The position numbers were made by a program, and so were the translations under genes. A stretch of DNA of 64,000 bases from an uncultured Gammaproteobacteria bacterium (GTDB lineage Bacteria > Pseudomonadota > Gammaproteobacteria > Steroidobacterales > Steroidobacteraceae): NCBI GenBank assembly GCA_963748995.1, contig CAVVKU010000017.1:11609-75608 (forward strand). Direction: 5' to 3'. Positions 19,861 through 28,649 of the stretch are shown here, piece after piece (position 1 is the stretch's first letter; each line of letters starts with the position of its first letter). The notes beneath the pieces are model-generated. The model was not told the origin of the DNA and ran no database searches. It saw nothing but the letters and a program-made list of their open reading frames with translations.

Positions 19861-20342
19861 AGCTTGCGGTGCCGCTTCAATTCGACTTCCACCAGCGGAT
19901 GAACGAACTCGGACACGTTGCCGCCGAGCACCGCGATCTCGCGCACCAGGGTCGACGATATGAACGTGTATTGCTCTTGCGGCGTCATGAAGACCGATTC
20001 GATTTCCGGCGACAGGTGCCGGCTCATATTAGCCAACTGGAACTCGAATTCGAAGTCCGAGACCGCGCGCAGGCCGCGCACGATGACCGAGAGCCCGTTC
20101 TGTCTCGCGAAATCGACCGTCAGGCCCGCGTAGCCGCGCACGTCCACGTTGTGGACATCCTCGAGCACCCGCCGCGCCATGTCGACGCGTTGCTCGAGGG
20201 AGAACATCGGCGCCTTGTTGGGATTGGCGGCAATGGCGACGACCACCTTGTCGAAAATGCTGGCGGCACGGCGCACCAGATCACGGTGACCGTTGGTGAT
20301 CGGATCGAAGGTCCCCGGGTAGACGGCGGTTCTTTTATTCAT
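19857..20342 (-). CDS. coaD: pantetheine-phosphate adenylyltransferase
   Basis: [21 protein letters not shown]. Confidence 0.93.
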   Translation of the reverse strand: MNKRTAVYPGTFDPITNGHRDLVRRAASIFDKVVVAIAANPNKAPMFSLEQRVDMARRVLEDVHNVDVRGYAGLTVDFARQNGLSVIVRGLRAVSDFEFEFQLANMSRHLSPEIESVFMTPQEQYTFISSTLVREIAVLGGNVSEFVHPLVEVELKRHRKL

Positions 20343-21069
20343 GGCGAATCTCGACGTTTGCGCGCGCCAAATGATACCCCACCTCGCCCGCGGACTTCGA
20401 TTTGACGAGCTCCCAATGAGCTGGAATGGCCGGCGGACCGGCCGAGCGCGGGTTCTCGAGGTAGATCCAGGCGCCGCTCGCCGCCCAGCCGCCGGCGTCG
20501 ATCAGCCGGGCATATTCCGGCAGCGCGTCGAAGCCGAACGGCGGGTCGAGGAATATGACGTCGAAGGCACGCGCGGAGGCGACGCCGGGCGCGCCGCCGG
20601 AGGCACCGCCGGGCGGATCACCGGCCGATTCTGCGGGCGTGGCAAGGAATCGTTCCGCGAACGTTTGGATGATGCTGCCGCTCGAACGTCCGGGAGCTCC
20701 GCCCTGGAGCCGCTTGAGCTCCGCGGCCAGCATCTGTGCGGGCGCGAATGCGGGCTCGACGAACACCACCTCCCGGGCCCCGCGCGACAGCGCCTCGAGG
20801 CCGAGCGCCCCCGAGCCGGCGAACAAGTCGAGGCAGCGCGTGCCGGCGATCGAATGCTGCAGCCAATTGAACAACGTCTCGCGCACCCGATCGGGTGTCG
20901 GCCGAAGCCCCGGCGAATCCGGAAAGTGCACTCGCCGTCCGCGCCACGTTCCACCGATGATGCGCACGGAGCCGAGGGCTGCGGGGCGGGAGTCGTCGGC
21001 TTTCCGGGGCTTGCCGGCGTTCCGATGTTTGTCGGTGTTCCGGGGTTTGTCGGTTTTGCGGGCTGTCAC
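20335..21069 (-). CDS. rsmD: 16S rRNA (guanine966-N2)-methyltransferase with a basic repeat N-terminal extension
   Basis: [43 protein letters not shown]. The N-terminus is [26 protein letters not shown]. Confidence 0.85.
   Translation of the reverse strand: MTARKTDKPRNTDKHRNAGKPRKADDSRPAALGSVRIIGGTWRGRRVHFPDSPGLRPTPDRVRETLFNWLQHSIAGTRCLDLFAGSGALGLEALSRGAREVVFVEPAFAPAQMLAAELKRLQGGAPGRSSGSIIQTFAERFLATPAESAGDPPGGASGGAPGVASARAFDVIFLDPPFGFDALPEYARLIDAGGWAASGAWIYLENPRSAGPPAIPAHWELVKSKSAGEVGYHLARANVEIRHE
20995..21066. repeat. imperfect 18-bp (9+9) tandem repeats inside the rsmD 5' end
   Basis: gtcggctttccgggg / cttgccggcgttccgatg / tttgtcggtgttccgggg / tttgtcggttttgcgggc. These encode hexapeptide-like [18 protein letters not shown] units. 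Confidence 0.6.
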
Positions 21070-21142
21070 TGCCGCATCATACCCCCGGGGTGGCGTGCCG
21101 CCGGGCTCGCCGCTCGGGGTCCTCTGTTAAGCTTCGCGACCT

Positions 21143-22093
21143 ATGACGAACGAAGCCGAAAAGCCCGGCGTGCGCGGCTTTTTCAAGCGACTGCGCGCCA
21201 AGTTGAACGTGGGCCCGGCGTGGCTCACCACGGATATCAAGGATTTACTGCCGGTCGGGCGCAAGATCGATGCGGAAATACTGGATGAGCTGGAGACTCG
21301 CCTCATCACCGCCGACGTGGGCATGGAGGCGACGACTCGCATCCTTCAGGATTTGCGCCGCCGGGTCGCACGCAAGGAACTGGGTGACGTGGACGCGTTG
21401 CTCGGCGCATTGAGCTCGGCCATGCTCGAGATCTTGCAGCCGGTCGAGCGGCCGCTGGTCATCGATGCCGCCATCAAGCCCTATGTGATCCTGGTGGTCG
21501 GCATCAACGGTGCGGGCAAGACCACCACCATCGGCAAATTGGCGCATCGACTTCTGGCCGAGGGCCGCACCGTGATGCTTGCCGCCGGGGACACCTTTCG
21601 CGCCGCCGCCAAGGAGCAGCTCACGATCTGGGCGGAGCGCAATCGCGTGCCCATCATCGCGCAGCATTCGGGGGCCGAGCCCGCCGCGGTGATCTTCGAC
21701 GGTCTGCAGGCGGCTCGAGCCCGGCACATCGACGTATTGATCGCCGACACCGCCGGGCGGCTCCACACGCAGACTCATCTGATGGACGAGCTCAAGAAGG
21801 TGAAGCGCGTGCTGGCGCGCCTCGATCCAGGAGCCCCTCACGAGGTGCTGCTGGTACTCGACGGCACCATCGGGCAGAACGCGGTCGCCCAGGCGACCGA
21901 ATTCCACAAGGGACTCGGAGTCACCGGGCTCGTGGTCACGAAGCTCGATGGCACCGCCAAGGGCGGCGTCGTGCTCGCCATCGCACAGAAACTGGGCATT
22001 CCCATCCGCTTCGTCGGGATCGGCGAGGACACCGAGGACTTCGGCGTGTTCAATGCGTCCGAATTCGTCTCGGCGCTGCTGAAGACCGGATGA
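21143..22093 (+). CDS. ftsY: signal recognition particle receptor
   Basis: GINGAGKTTTIGKLA, DTAGRLHT, TKLDGTAKGG. Confidence 0.93.
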   Translation: MTNEAEKPGVRGFFKRLRAKLNVGPAWLTTDIKDLLPVGRKIDAEILDELETRLITADVGMEATTRILQDLRRRVARKELGDVDALLGALSSAMLEILQPVERPLVIDAAIKPYVILVVGINGAGKTTTIGKLAHRLLAEGRTVMLAAGDTFRAAAKEQLTIWAERNRVPIIAQHSGAEPAAVIFDGLQAARARHIDVLIADTAGRLHTQTHLMDELKKVKRVLARLDPGAPHEVLLVLDGTIGQNAVAQATEFHKGLGVTGLVVTKLDGTAKGGVVLAIAQKLGIPIRFVGIGEDTEDFGVFNASEFVSALLKTG

Positions 22094-22740
22094 TCCGCTT
22101 CGATCAGGTCTACAAGCGCTATCCCAACGGGCGGGACGCCCTGGCGGGCGTGTCGTTCAACATCGAGGCGGGCGAGCTCGCCTTTCTCACCGGACACTCC
22201 GGCGCGGGCAAGAGCAGCATCCTGAAGCTGATCGCGCTCATCGAGCGTCCGACGCGCGGTCAGGTGTTCATCAACAATCAGAACACCTCCGCCCTGAAGG
22301 GCCGCGGCATCCCTAAGTTCCGTCAGCTCATCGGGGTGGTGTTCCAGGATCACAAGCTCCTCCACGACCGTCCTGTTTCGGAGAATGTCGCGTTGCCATT
22401 GATCGTTGCGGGAGTGCCCCGGCGCGAGATCGACAAGCGCATGCGCGCCGCGCTCGACCAGGTGGGGCTCCTCAGCAAGGAGAAAAGCCGCCCGCTGGAG
22501 CTCTCGACGGGCGAGCAGCAGCGGGTCGGCATCGCGCGCGCCATCGTGGCCAAGCCGATGCTGCTGATCGCCGACGAGCCCACGGGCAACCTCGACCCGG
22601 AACTCGCGCTCGAGATCATGCAGCTGTTCAAACGCCTCAACGATGTCGGCGTGACCGTATTGATCGCAACCCACGACCTGCAGCTGATCGATCATTTCGC
22701 CGCTCAGCGCATCGTGCTCGCGGAGGGCCGCGTGGTATGA
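22090..22740 (+). CDS. ftsE: cell-division ABC transporter ATP-binding protein
   Basis: GHSGAGKSS (Walker A), LSTGEQQRV (signature), [12 protein letters not shown]. Confidence 0.93.
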   Translation: MIRFDQVYKRYPNGRDALAGVSFNIEAGELAFLTGHSGAGKSSILKLIALIERPTRGQVFINNQNTSALKGRGIPKFRQLIGVVFQDHKLLHDRPVSENVALPLIVAGVPRREIDKRMRAALDQVGLLSKEKSRPLELSTGEQQRVGIARAIVAKPMLLIADEPTGNLDPELALEIMQLFKRLNDVGVTVLIATHDLQLIDHFAAQRIVLAEGRVV

Positions 22741-23661
22741 AGAGCGCTCTCGATGCCTGGCTGGCGCGGCATGCACAAACTCTCCTCGGATCGCTCGGCC
22801 GACTGGTCCGACATCCGCTGGCAACCGCCATGACCATCGCGGTCATCGCCGTCGCGCTGGCGCTGCCCCTGTTCTTCGCCGTGCTTCTGCAGAATACCCG
22901 GACCGCCACCGCCAACTGGAACCAGGCGTTCGAGCTGTCGGTCTACCTCACGCAGCAGGCGGATGCGGATCGGGCCAACGCCCTGGCCAAGCAGCTCCGG
23001 GCACGCCCGGACGTGGCCGCGGTCCGGGTCATCACCGCGGACCAAGCACTCGCAGAGTTCCGCAGTTCCTCGGGGTTCGGCAAGGCGCTCGATGCCCTCG
23101 AGGGCAACCCGCTGCCGAACACCCTCATCGTGACGCCCACGCTCGCGGCGAGCACCTCCGATGCGACGGTGGCGCTCAAGACCAGCATCGAGGCCGCGCC
23201 CGACGTGGACACGGTGCAGTTGGACACCGAATGGGTGCAGCGCCTGAACGCCATGCTCGATGTCATGCGACGGGTGCTTTGGCTCACGGCCGGCCTGCTT
23301 GGGATTGAGCGTGGTGCTCGTCGTCGGCAACACCATCCGGCTCGATATTTTGAACCGCCGCGATGAAATCGAGGTCATGAAGTTGGTGGGTGCGACCGAC
23401 GGATTTGCGCGCCGGCCGTTCCTCTACAGCGGGGTTTGGTACGGCCTCGGCGGCGGAATCGGTGCAGTTATCGTCGTGGCGATCGCCGTTGCGGTGTTGT
23501 CGCGGCCGCTTGGTCGCCTCGCTGCGTTGTACGGCAGCCAGTTCCAACTGACGGGCTTGAGATTTGGAGCCATCGTTCGCATCTTGGGTTTATCGGTCGC
23601 TCTGGGTTGGTTGGGCTCGTGGATTGCCGCAACGCGTCATATTCGCGCCATCGAGCCCTAA
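22737..23661 (+). pseudogene. ftsX: cell-division permease ftsX interrupted by a +1 frameshift (real, or a homopolymer error)
   Basis: The N-terminal 2/3 is in ORF 22737..23366 (...RRVLWLTAGLLGI). The C-terminal part is in ORF 23260..23661 (LSVVLVVGNTIRLDILNRRDEIEVMKLVGATDGF...). The total span of 925 nt equals 3n+1. The junction is at the GGG run 23301-23303. Confidence 0.75.
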
Positions 23662-23690
23662 GCATCTGTTCTACATACAGTTATAGGTCA

Positions 23691-23717
23691 GAACTTTTGA
23701 GGTCGTTAGCACTCTAA
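23691..23717 (+). promoter_or_regulatory. sigmaE (RpoE)-type promoter candidate for rpoH
   Basis: GAACTT (23691-23696), 16 nt, TCTAA (23713-23717). This has the same layout as E. coli rpoH P3 (GAACTT-16-TCTGA, from memory). Confidence 0.5.
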
Positions 23718-23731
23718 CGTTAGGAGTGCTA
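23707..23731. promoter_or_regulatory. near-perfect 25-bp palindrome overlapping the rpoH -10 region
   Basis: TAGCACTC-TAACGTTAG-GAGTGCTA. 8-bp arms, and the loop core TAACGTTA is itself palindromic. Confidence 0.5.
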
Positions 23732-23758
23732 TTATTGCCCCCTAGTCGGGAGACGTGT

Positions 23759-24631
23759 ATGAGTTCAAGTTCAGCCCTGGTCGCTAAACAAACCGGATTG
23801 GTGTTCGCCGGCCCCGTCGGGAGCCTGGATGGATACATCGACCGCGTATCGCAGATCCCCGTCCTCTCCAAGGAAGATGAGGTCGCGCTGGCCTCCCGCT
23901 TCCGGACCGAGGGGGACCTCGACGCCGCGCGGCAACTGGTGCTGTCGCACCTGCGGTTCGTCGTGCACATCGCGCGCGGCTACCTGGGATATGGGCTCCC
24001 AATGGGCGATCTCGTGCAAGAAGGCAATGTGGGCTTGATGAAGGCCGTGAAGCGCTTCGACCCCACGGTCGGCGTGCGGCTCGTGTCCTTCGCCGTGCAT
24101 TGGATCCGCGCCGAGATCCATGAATACGTGCTGCGCAACTGGCGGCTGGTGAAGGTCGCGACCACCAAGTCCCAGCGCAAGCTGTTCTTCAATCTGCGCC
24201 GCATGAAGAAGAACCTGGCGTGGCTGTCGGAGGAGGAAACTCAGGCGGTCGCCAAGGATCTCGGCGTCGAGGTGAGTGATGTGCGCGAGATGGAGCAGCG
24301 GCTCTCCGCGCGCGACATGTCCTTCGATCCCACGCCGGAGTCCGACGAGGAGGAAGCGTATTCCCCCGCCATGTACCTGCCTGCGAGCAACGCCGACCCG
24401 GCCATCGAGGTCGAGCGCGAAGAGTGGGAGGAGGATTCTGCGGATCGGCTGAGCATCGCCCTCGAGAAACTGGACGAGCGCAGCCGGAATATCCTCAAGC
24501 GCCGCTGGATGACCGACGACAAGGCCACGCTTCACGAGCTTGCCGACGAGTACGGCATTTCCGCGGAGCGCGTGCGCCAGGTCGAGAGCAATGCCATCAG
24601 CAAGTTGAAGGGGTTGATGGCCGCGGCCTGA
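23759..24631 (+). CDS. rpoH: RNA polymerase sigma-32 (heat-shock sigma factor)
   Basis: RpoH box QRKLFFNLR. Region 2 is [43 protein letters not shown]. Confidence 0.93.
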   Translation: MSSSSALVAKQTGLVFAGPVGSLDGYIDRVSQIPVLSKEDEVALASRFRTEGDLDAARQLVLSHLRFVVHIARGYLGYGLPMGDLVQEGNVGLMKAVKRFDPTVGVRLVSFAVHWIRAEIHEYVLRNWRLVKVATTKSQRKLFFNLRRMKKNLAWLSEEETQAVAKDLGVEVSDVREMEQRLSARDMSFDPTPESDEEEAYSPAMYLPASNADPAIEVEREEWEEDSADRLSIALEKLDERSRNILKRRWMTDDKATLHELADEYGISAERVRQVESNAISKLKGLMAAA

Positions 24632-24696
24632 TTGAAGATTTGGCAGGCGATACGACACTGATAGACTTCCGCGGTTGACTGGCCGCAGCGGAATTC

Positions 24697-25374
24697 TTGT
24701 TGGGGCTCCTATCGAATAATAATCAGCCGGCCGATGACACCTCCTCTGCCAAGCGGTGGGGCCGATGGGGAGTGGTCGCCGGATTGTTCGTGGGCTATGC
24801 GCTGCTCTCGCAGTACAGCGCGTCGTCTGCCAACCCGCATGCCAGGACCTTGGGCGCCGTCCTCTCCATCGGTCCGGTTCTCCTGATCGGCCTTTTGATG
24901 ATGTGGCTCTGGAGCTGGCGTGCCGCAGCGCTGATCGGCGCGCTATTGTCGGCGGCGCTGTTATATCTCACATGGCCGTTCATCGAGAGCCATTACGCAT
25001 GGTCGGACCTCGCGCAGCAATGCGGCATCTACGGTCTGGTGGCTCTGTTCTTCGCCCGATCCCTGTTCGGTTCCCGCGTCCCCGTTTGTGCGCAATTGGC
25101 CCACCAAATGTACGGCGCGCTCACGCCGGATGAGATCGCCTATATGCGCCGTGCCACCCTGGCATGGGCGATTTTTTATTGTCTGCTGGCGACGGCGATC
25201 CTGGTCTTGTTCTTTGTCGCGCCGCTGCGCGTTTGGTCCGTCTTCGCGAATTTCGTAACGTGGGGACTCATGGTGCTCGCGGGGTTTTTGGATCACGCGC
25301 TGCGCCGCATGGTGTTGCCGCGCCATCGGGAGGGCGGGATCTTGACGCTGATCCGTCGAGCGCTTGCCACCTGA
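24697..25374 (+). CDS. hypothetical integral membrane protein
   Basis: TTG start. About 5-6 hydrophobic segments (VVAGLFVGYALL, LSIGPVLLIGLLMMWLWSW, ...). Family not recognised. Confidence 0.5.
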   Translation: MLGLLSNNNQPADDTSSAKRWGRWGVVAGLFVGYALLSQYSASSANPHARTLGAVLSIGPVLLIGLLMMWLWSWRAAALIGALLSAALLYLTWPFIESHYAWSDLAQQCGIYGLVALFFARSLFGSRVPVCAQLAHQMYGALTPDEIAYMRRATLAWAIFYCLLATAILVLFFVAPLRVWSVFANFVTWGLMVLAGFLDHALRRMVLPRHREGGILTLIRRALAT

Positions 25375-25403
25375 GGCACGCGCGGCGATCAGCGCTCGCC
25401 TGG

Positions 25404-26309
25404 TCAGGCGTTCGCGCCGCGCTCGAAGGCCACCGCTTCGCGAAATACATGCGCATGCAGTTCGGCCGTGCGGGCGGGACTCGACGCATACCCTCCCGCC
25501 AATACGATCACGAGGGGCACGCCGCGGGCGCGCACCTCGCGGATGACCAGCCGGTCACGGCGGCGGATACCCTCTTCTGTCAGCGCCAGCTTTCCGTAGC
25601 GGTCTCCGGCCGCCACATCGACGCCGGCCAGGTAAAAGGCCAGGTCCGCGCCGGCCCGGTCGAGCACTGACGGCAGATGCCGGCCGAGCAAGTCGAGATA
25701 GTCGGCATCTCCCGTCCCGTCTGGCAGCGCCACGTCCAACGTGGACCGCATTTTGGCGGTTGGATAGTTGCGCTCCCCGTGCATCGAGAAAGTGAAGATC
25801 TCGGGTACCGCCTCGAAAACCGCTGCCGTTCCATTGCCCTGGTGCACGTCCAGATCGATCACCGCCGCCCGCGCGACAGCGCGCTCTGAACGCAGTTGCG
25901 CGATCGCGATCGCAACATCGTTCAGAATGCAAAAACCCTCGCCGTGGTCGGGAAACGCATGATGCGCGCCACCGGCGAGGTTGCCCGCCAGGCCGTCGGC
26001 GAGCGCAGTGCGCGCGGCGAGCATGGTTCCGCCCGAGGCGAGGCGCGAGCGCCGCCACAGCGCCTCGGACCAGGGGAGCCCAAGGCGGCGCAGCTCCGCG
26101 GCAGAAAGATTGCCGGATTGCAGCTTGTCCAGATATTCCCGCCGGTGCACCCGCAGGGCCACGTCGATGGCGATCGTCTCAGGCTCCAGAAGGTCGCCGC
26201 CCGCGAGGATGCCCTCGGCGAACAGGCGCTCTTTGAGCAGGGGATGTTTGCTCATCGGAAACCCGCCGGAAGGCGGGGCCTGGTAGTCGGGATGGTAGCT
26301 GCATCGCAT
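25404..26309 (-). CDS. histone deacetylase-family (acetoin utilisation/APAH-like) deacetylase
   Basis: Start chosen at MRCSYHPDYQ. GGAHHAFPDHGEGFCILNDVAIAI, IDLDVHQGNGT. Confidence 0.85.
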   Translation of the reverse strand: MRCSYHPDYQAPPSGGFPMSKHPLLKERLFAEGILAGGDLLEPETIAIDVALRVHRREYLDKLQSGNLSAAELRRLGLPWSEALWRRSRLASGGTMLAARTALADGLAGNLAGGAHHAFPDHGEGFCILNDVAIAIAQLRSERAVARAAVIDLDVHQGNGTAAVFEAVPEIFTFSMHGERNYPTAKMRSTLDVALPDGTGDADYLDLLGRHLPSVLDRAGADLAFYLAGVDVAAGDRYGKLALTEEGIRRRDRLVIREVRARGVPLVIVLAGGYASSPARTAELHAHVFREAVAFERGANA

Positions 26310-26416
26310 GGACAGATTTTGTGCGCATCTCGCCGACGTGTCACGGCACGGCTGTGGGCCTATCTGTGGCGGCGCTTGGGGGAGCCTGCTTGGACGCTCG
26401 ACAGGCTGCGATGAAA

Positions 26417-26461
26417 CTGTCATAAAACGGTCACGCGGCTGTACCGGCCGTCGCCTATCCT
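26417..26461 (+). promoter_or_regulatory. pho-box-type promoter (three 11-bp-phased repeats + 10 nt + -10)
   Basis: CTGTCAT AAAA CGGTCAC GCGG CTGTACC ggccgtcgcc TATCCT. The first 18 nt match CTGTCATA(A/T)A(T/A)CTGTCA(C/T) at 17/18 positions. It lies 27 nt upstream of the ATG at 26488. Confidence 0.65.
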
Positions 26462-26487
26462 TCGCGCCAATCGCGTCGTGCGCAGGG

Positions 26488-27207
26488 ATGATCATGCGAA
26501 TTAATTTCCGGCCGCTCGCCTTTCTGAGCGCCCTGGCGTTGGGAGTTGCCACGAGCCCGCTGTTGCACGCGTCCACTGTCGCGGACTACTACTTCAACGG
26601 TCCGATATCTTATTCAGCCGGCGGACAGACCTTGTCGGTGAACACCGGCAGCCAAGGGGCGGAGTTGATCAGTTCGACGGGCCTCCCCGCTCCGTTCGCC
26701 GTGGTCCCGACCGGACAGCCCGGAAGCAATATCGCGGGCAGCGAGGTGGTGCTATCGATGAGCCTGGTGGCGGGCAGCGTCAGCGATAACGGCTTCGCCA
26801 CGACAGCCTCGTTCACGACCCCCAACGGCTACCAGGCGGCGCTCTATTTGGGTAACGGGAGCGGCGGAACCGCCTCCTCGCCGGTGCTGACGGGCACGTT
26901 GAGCAATATGCAGATATCGGGATTCGACGGTGGTAATTCCGGCGTATTGACCGGATACCTGCACCCCACCGGCGGGCTTGCATATTCGTATTTTTCCGAT
27001 CCGTCGGACGTGATCGCGCTCGATTTCGACCTGTCGACCAATTTCTCGTCGACCATGTATCAGTCGTCGTTCAGCGGCCAAATCAACGGACAGGTGGAAT
27101 CGGCGACCACGCCGGTTCCGGTGCCGGCCTCGATGTCACTGCTGTTCTCCGGGCTTGCGGTGATCGGTGCCGCCACGTGGCGCCGCCGGCATCCGGCGGG
27201 TGCGTGA
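26488..27207 (+). CDS. PEP-CTERM-type sorting-domain protein (VPVPA variant)
   Basis: Signal peptide MIMRINFRPLAFLSALALGVATSPLLHA. C-terminus TPVPVPASMSLLFSGLAVIGAATWRRRHPAGA. Confidence 0.8.
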   Translation: MIMRINFRPLAFLSALALGVATSPLLHASTVADYYFNGPISYSAGGQTLSVNTGSQGAELISSTGLPAPFAVVPTGQPGSNIAGSEVVLSMSLVAGSVSDNGFATTASFTTPNGYQAALYLGNGSGGTASSPVLTGTLSNMQISGFDGGNSGVLTGYLHPTGGLAYSYFSDPSDVIALDFDLSTNFSSTMYQSSFSGQINGQVESATTPVPVPASMSLLFSGLAVIGAATWRRRHPAGA

Positions 27208-27264
27208 GCAAAATTTAGCCCAATTGTCATTGGGCGGTTACACAACGGGTTCTAACTGCATAGC

Positions 27265-27936
27265 ATGAATCGCACGACACTCAGCTCGATGATCGGCGCC
27301 GCCGTGGTCGGCGGCGGGCTGATGAGCGCCGCGGGCGCCGCCACGGTGAGCTACCCCTATATCGATGTGGTGCAGCAGGGCGCAGATCTGGGAGTCGTCG
27401 CCACGGGCGCGACACCGACGCTGACGATGCAGGGGACCGCGATCAGCATCATCAACGGCCCGGGCAACGTCACCAGTCTCGCAACGCCGGCCACCTTCAC
27501 GCTCACAGCCACCTACAGCGCGGCGCTCACGGCCGCCGACGGGCAGCCCAACACTTACGATTACACCGACGGAATCATCAGCATTGGCAACACGGGAAGC
27601 GCCCCCCTGGTGACCGCCACATTTACCGACCTGGTGATGCAGTCCTCCGGTACTTCACTGTTCAATTACGTGGTCGCCTCCAGTCCCCTCACCTACACCG
27701 GCGGCTCACTCGTCGGCGGCCTGACCGGCGGGGAAATCGTGGGCAGTTTCACCGTGACCGGGGCGAGTGCCTACACCTCGTCAGGCGCCGCGAATCTATC
27801 GCTGGGTTATGCGGGAGACAATCTCACCGCCAAGGTGGGAGCGGTGGTTCCTCTACCCGCAGCCGCATGGCTGCTGCTCTCGGGCATCGGCGGACTTGGG
27901 GCGCTGGCGCGCGGCCGCAGAGAAGCGCAATTCTGA
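27265..27936 (+). CDS. VPLPA-CTERM sorting-domain protein
   Basis: Signal peptide. C-terminus VVPLPAAAWLLLSGIGGLGALARGRRE. Confidence 0.8.
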   Translation: MNRTTLSSMIGAAVVGGGLMSAAGAATVSYPYIDVVQQGADLGVVATGATPTLTMQGTAISIINGPGNVTSLATPATFTLTATYSAALTAADGQPNTYDYTDGIISIGNTGSAPLVTATFTDLVMQSSGTSLFNYVVASSPLTYTGGSLVGGLTGGEIVGSFTVTGASAYTSSGAANLSLGYAGDNLTAKVGAVVPLPAAAWLLLSGIGGLGALARGRREAQF

Positions 27937-27956
27937 GACCGGCCGGCCCGAGAACC

Positions 27957-28640
27957 CTATCGGCCTGACCCCTGCGGAGCGGCCGGCGGAGCGGGCGTTC
28001 GCTTCTGCGTTCTGCTTTCCTGCGCGCGCTGCCGGTACTCGTCGGCAAGGTTTTCTATGCGGGTGCGCGTGATCCGCGTGAACGGCTCGGCGGCGCTCGC
28101 CTTGGTGAACAGGCCGACGTGCTCGTAACGGTCCAGCACCTCGGTGGTGATGTCGTAGAGCTGCGCATTACTGTCGGCACACTTGTCGAAGGCTGCATTG
28201 CGTTCGGCGAGATCCGTGGCTTTCTTGCTCCGATCCGATTCCACGTCCTTGAGTTTGGTCGCCAGGTCCCTATAACGGCCGATCAGCTCCTCGATGCGCT
28301 GCTTGTAAGCGCCAAGATTTTTCTCCGCAGCGTCCCGGGAGGCGGTGAGCTGGGCGACCTCGCCCGCGACCGCGGCCGAGGCGCCGACGCGAATCTTCAG
28401 CGCGTCGCGCTCTTTCCTGGTCGAGGCCAGGTCGGCCTGCGAGGCGGCAAGGTCCTTTTTCGTCTGCTCGAGCTGGGCGGCGAGCGCGGTTTTTTCGGCC
28501 GCGACTTGCTGATATTGCGCGATGATCCGCTGCGACTCGCTGCCGCCGCTGCGCTCGACTTGAGCACCGGCACCGAAGCACGCGAGCGAGGCTGCCGCGA
28601 GACACAGGGCGCGGGAGAATTGGGGATCTCGAATGGCCAT
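27957..28640 (-). CDS. secreted coiled-coil protein (last gene of the TPS/Ton block)
   Basis: Signal peptide ALCLAAASLACFGAGAQ. Long heptad-like Q/E/K/A-rich region. Lies 9 nt after the porin stop. Confidence 0.6.
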   Translation of the reverse strand: MAIRDPQFSRALCLAAASLACFGAGAQVERSGGSESQRIIAQYQQVAAEKTALAAQLEQTKKDLAASQADLASTRKERDALKIRVGASAAVAGEVAQLTASRDAAEKNLGAYKQRIEELIGRYRDLATKLKDVESDRSKKATDLAERNAAFDKCADSNAQLYDITTEVLDRYEHVGLFTKASAAEPFTRITRTRIENLADEYRQRAQESRTQKRTPAPPAAPQGSGR

Positions 28641-28649
28641 GGTCGCCCC

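Noticed and set aside
27224-27258. A further pho-like box TTGTCAT TGGG CGGTTAC upstream of the 27265 VPLPA-CTERM gene
   Set aside because: The half-sites are acceptable, but the hexamer 10-11 nt downstream (CTAACT/TAACTG) is a poor -10. The ATG would sit at the predicted TSS, giving a leaderless mRNA. Co-transcription with the 26488 gene is simpler.
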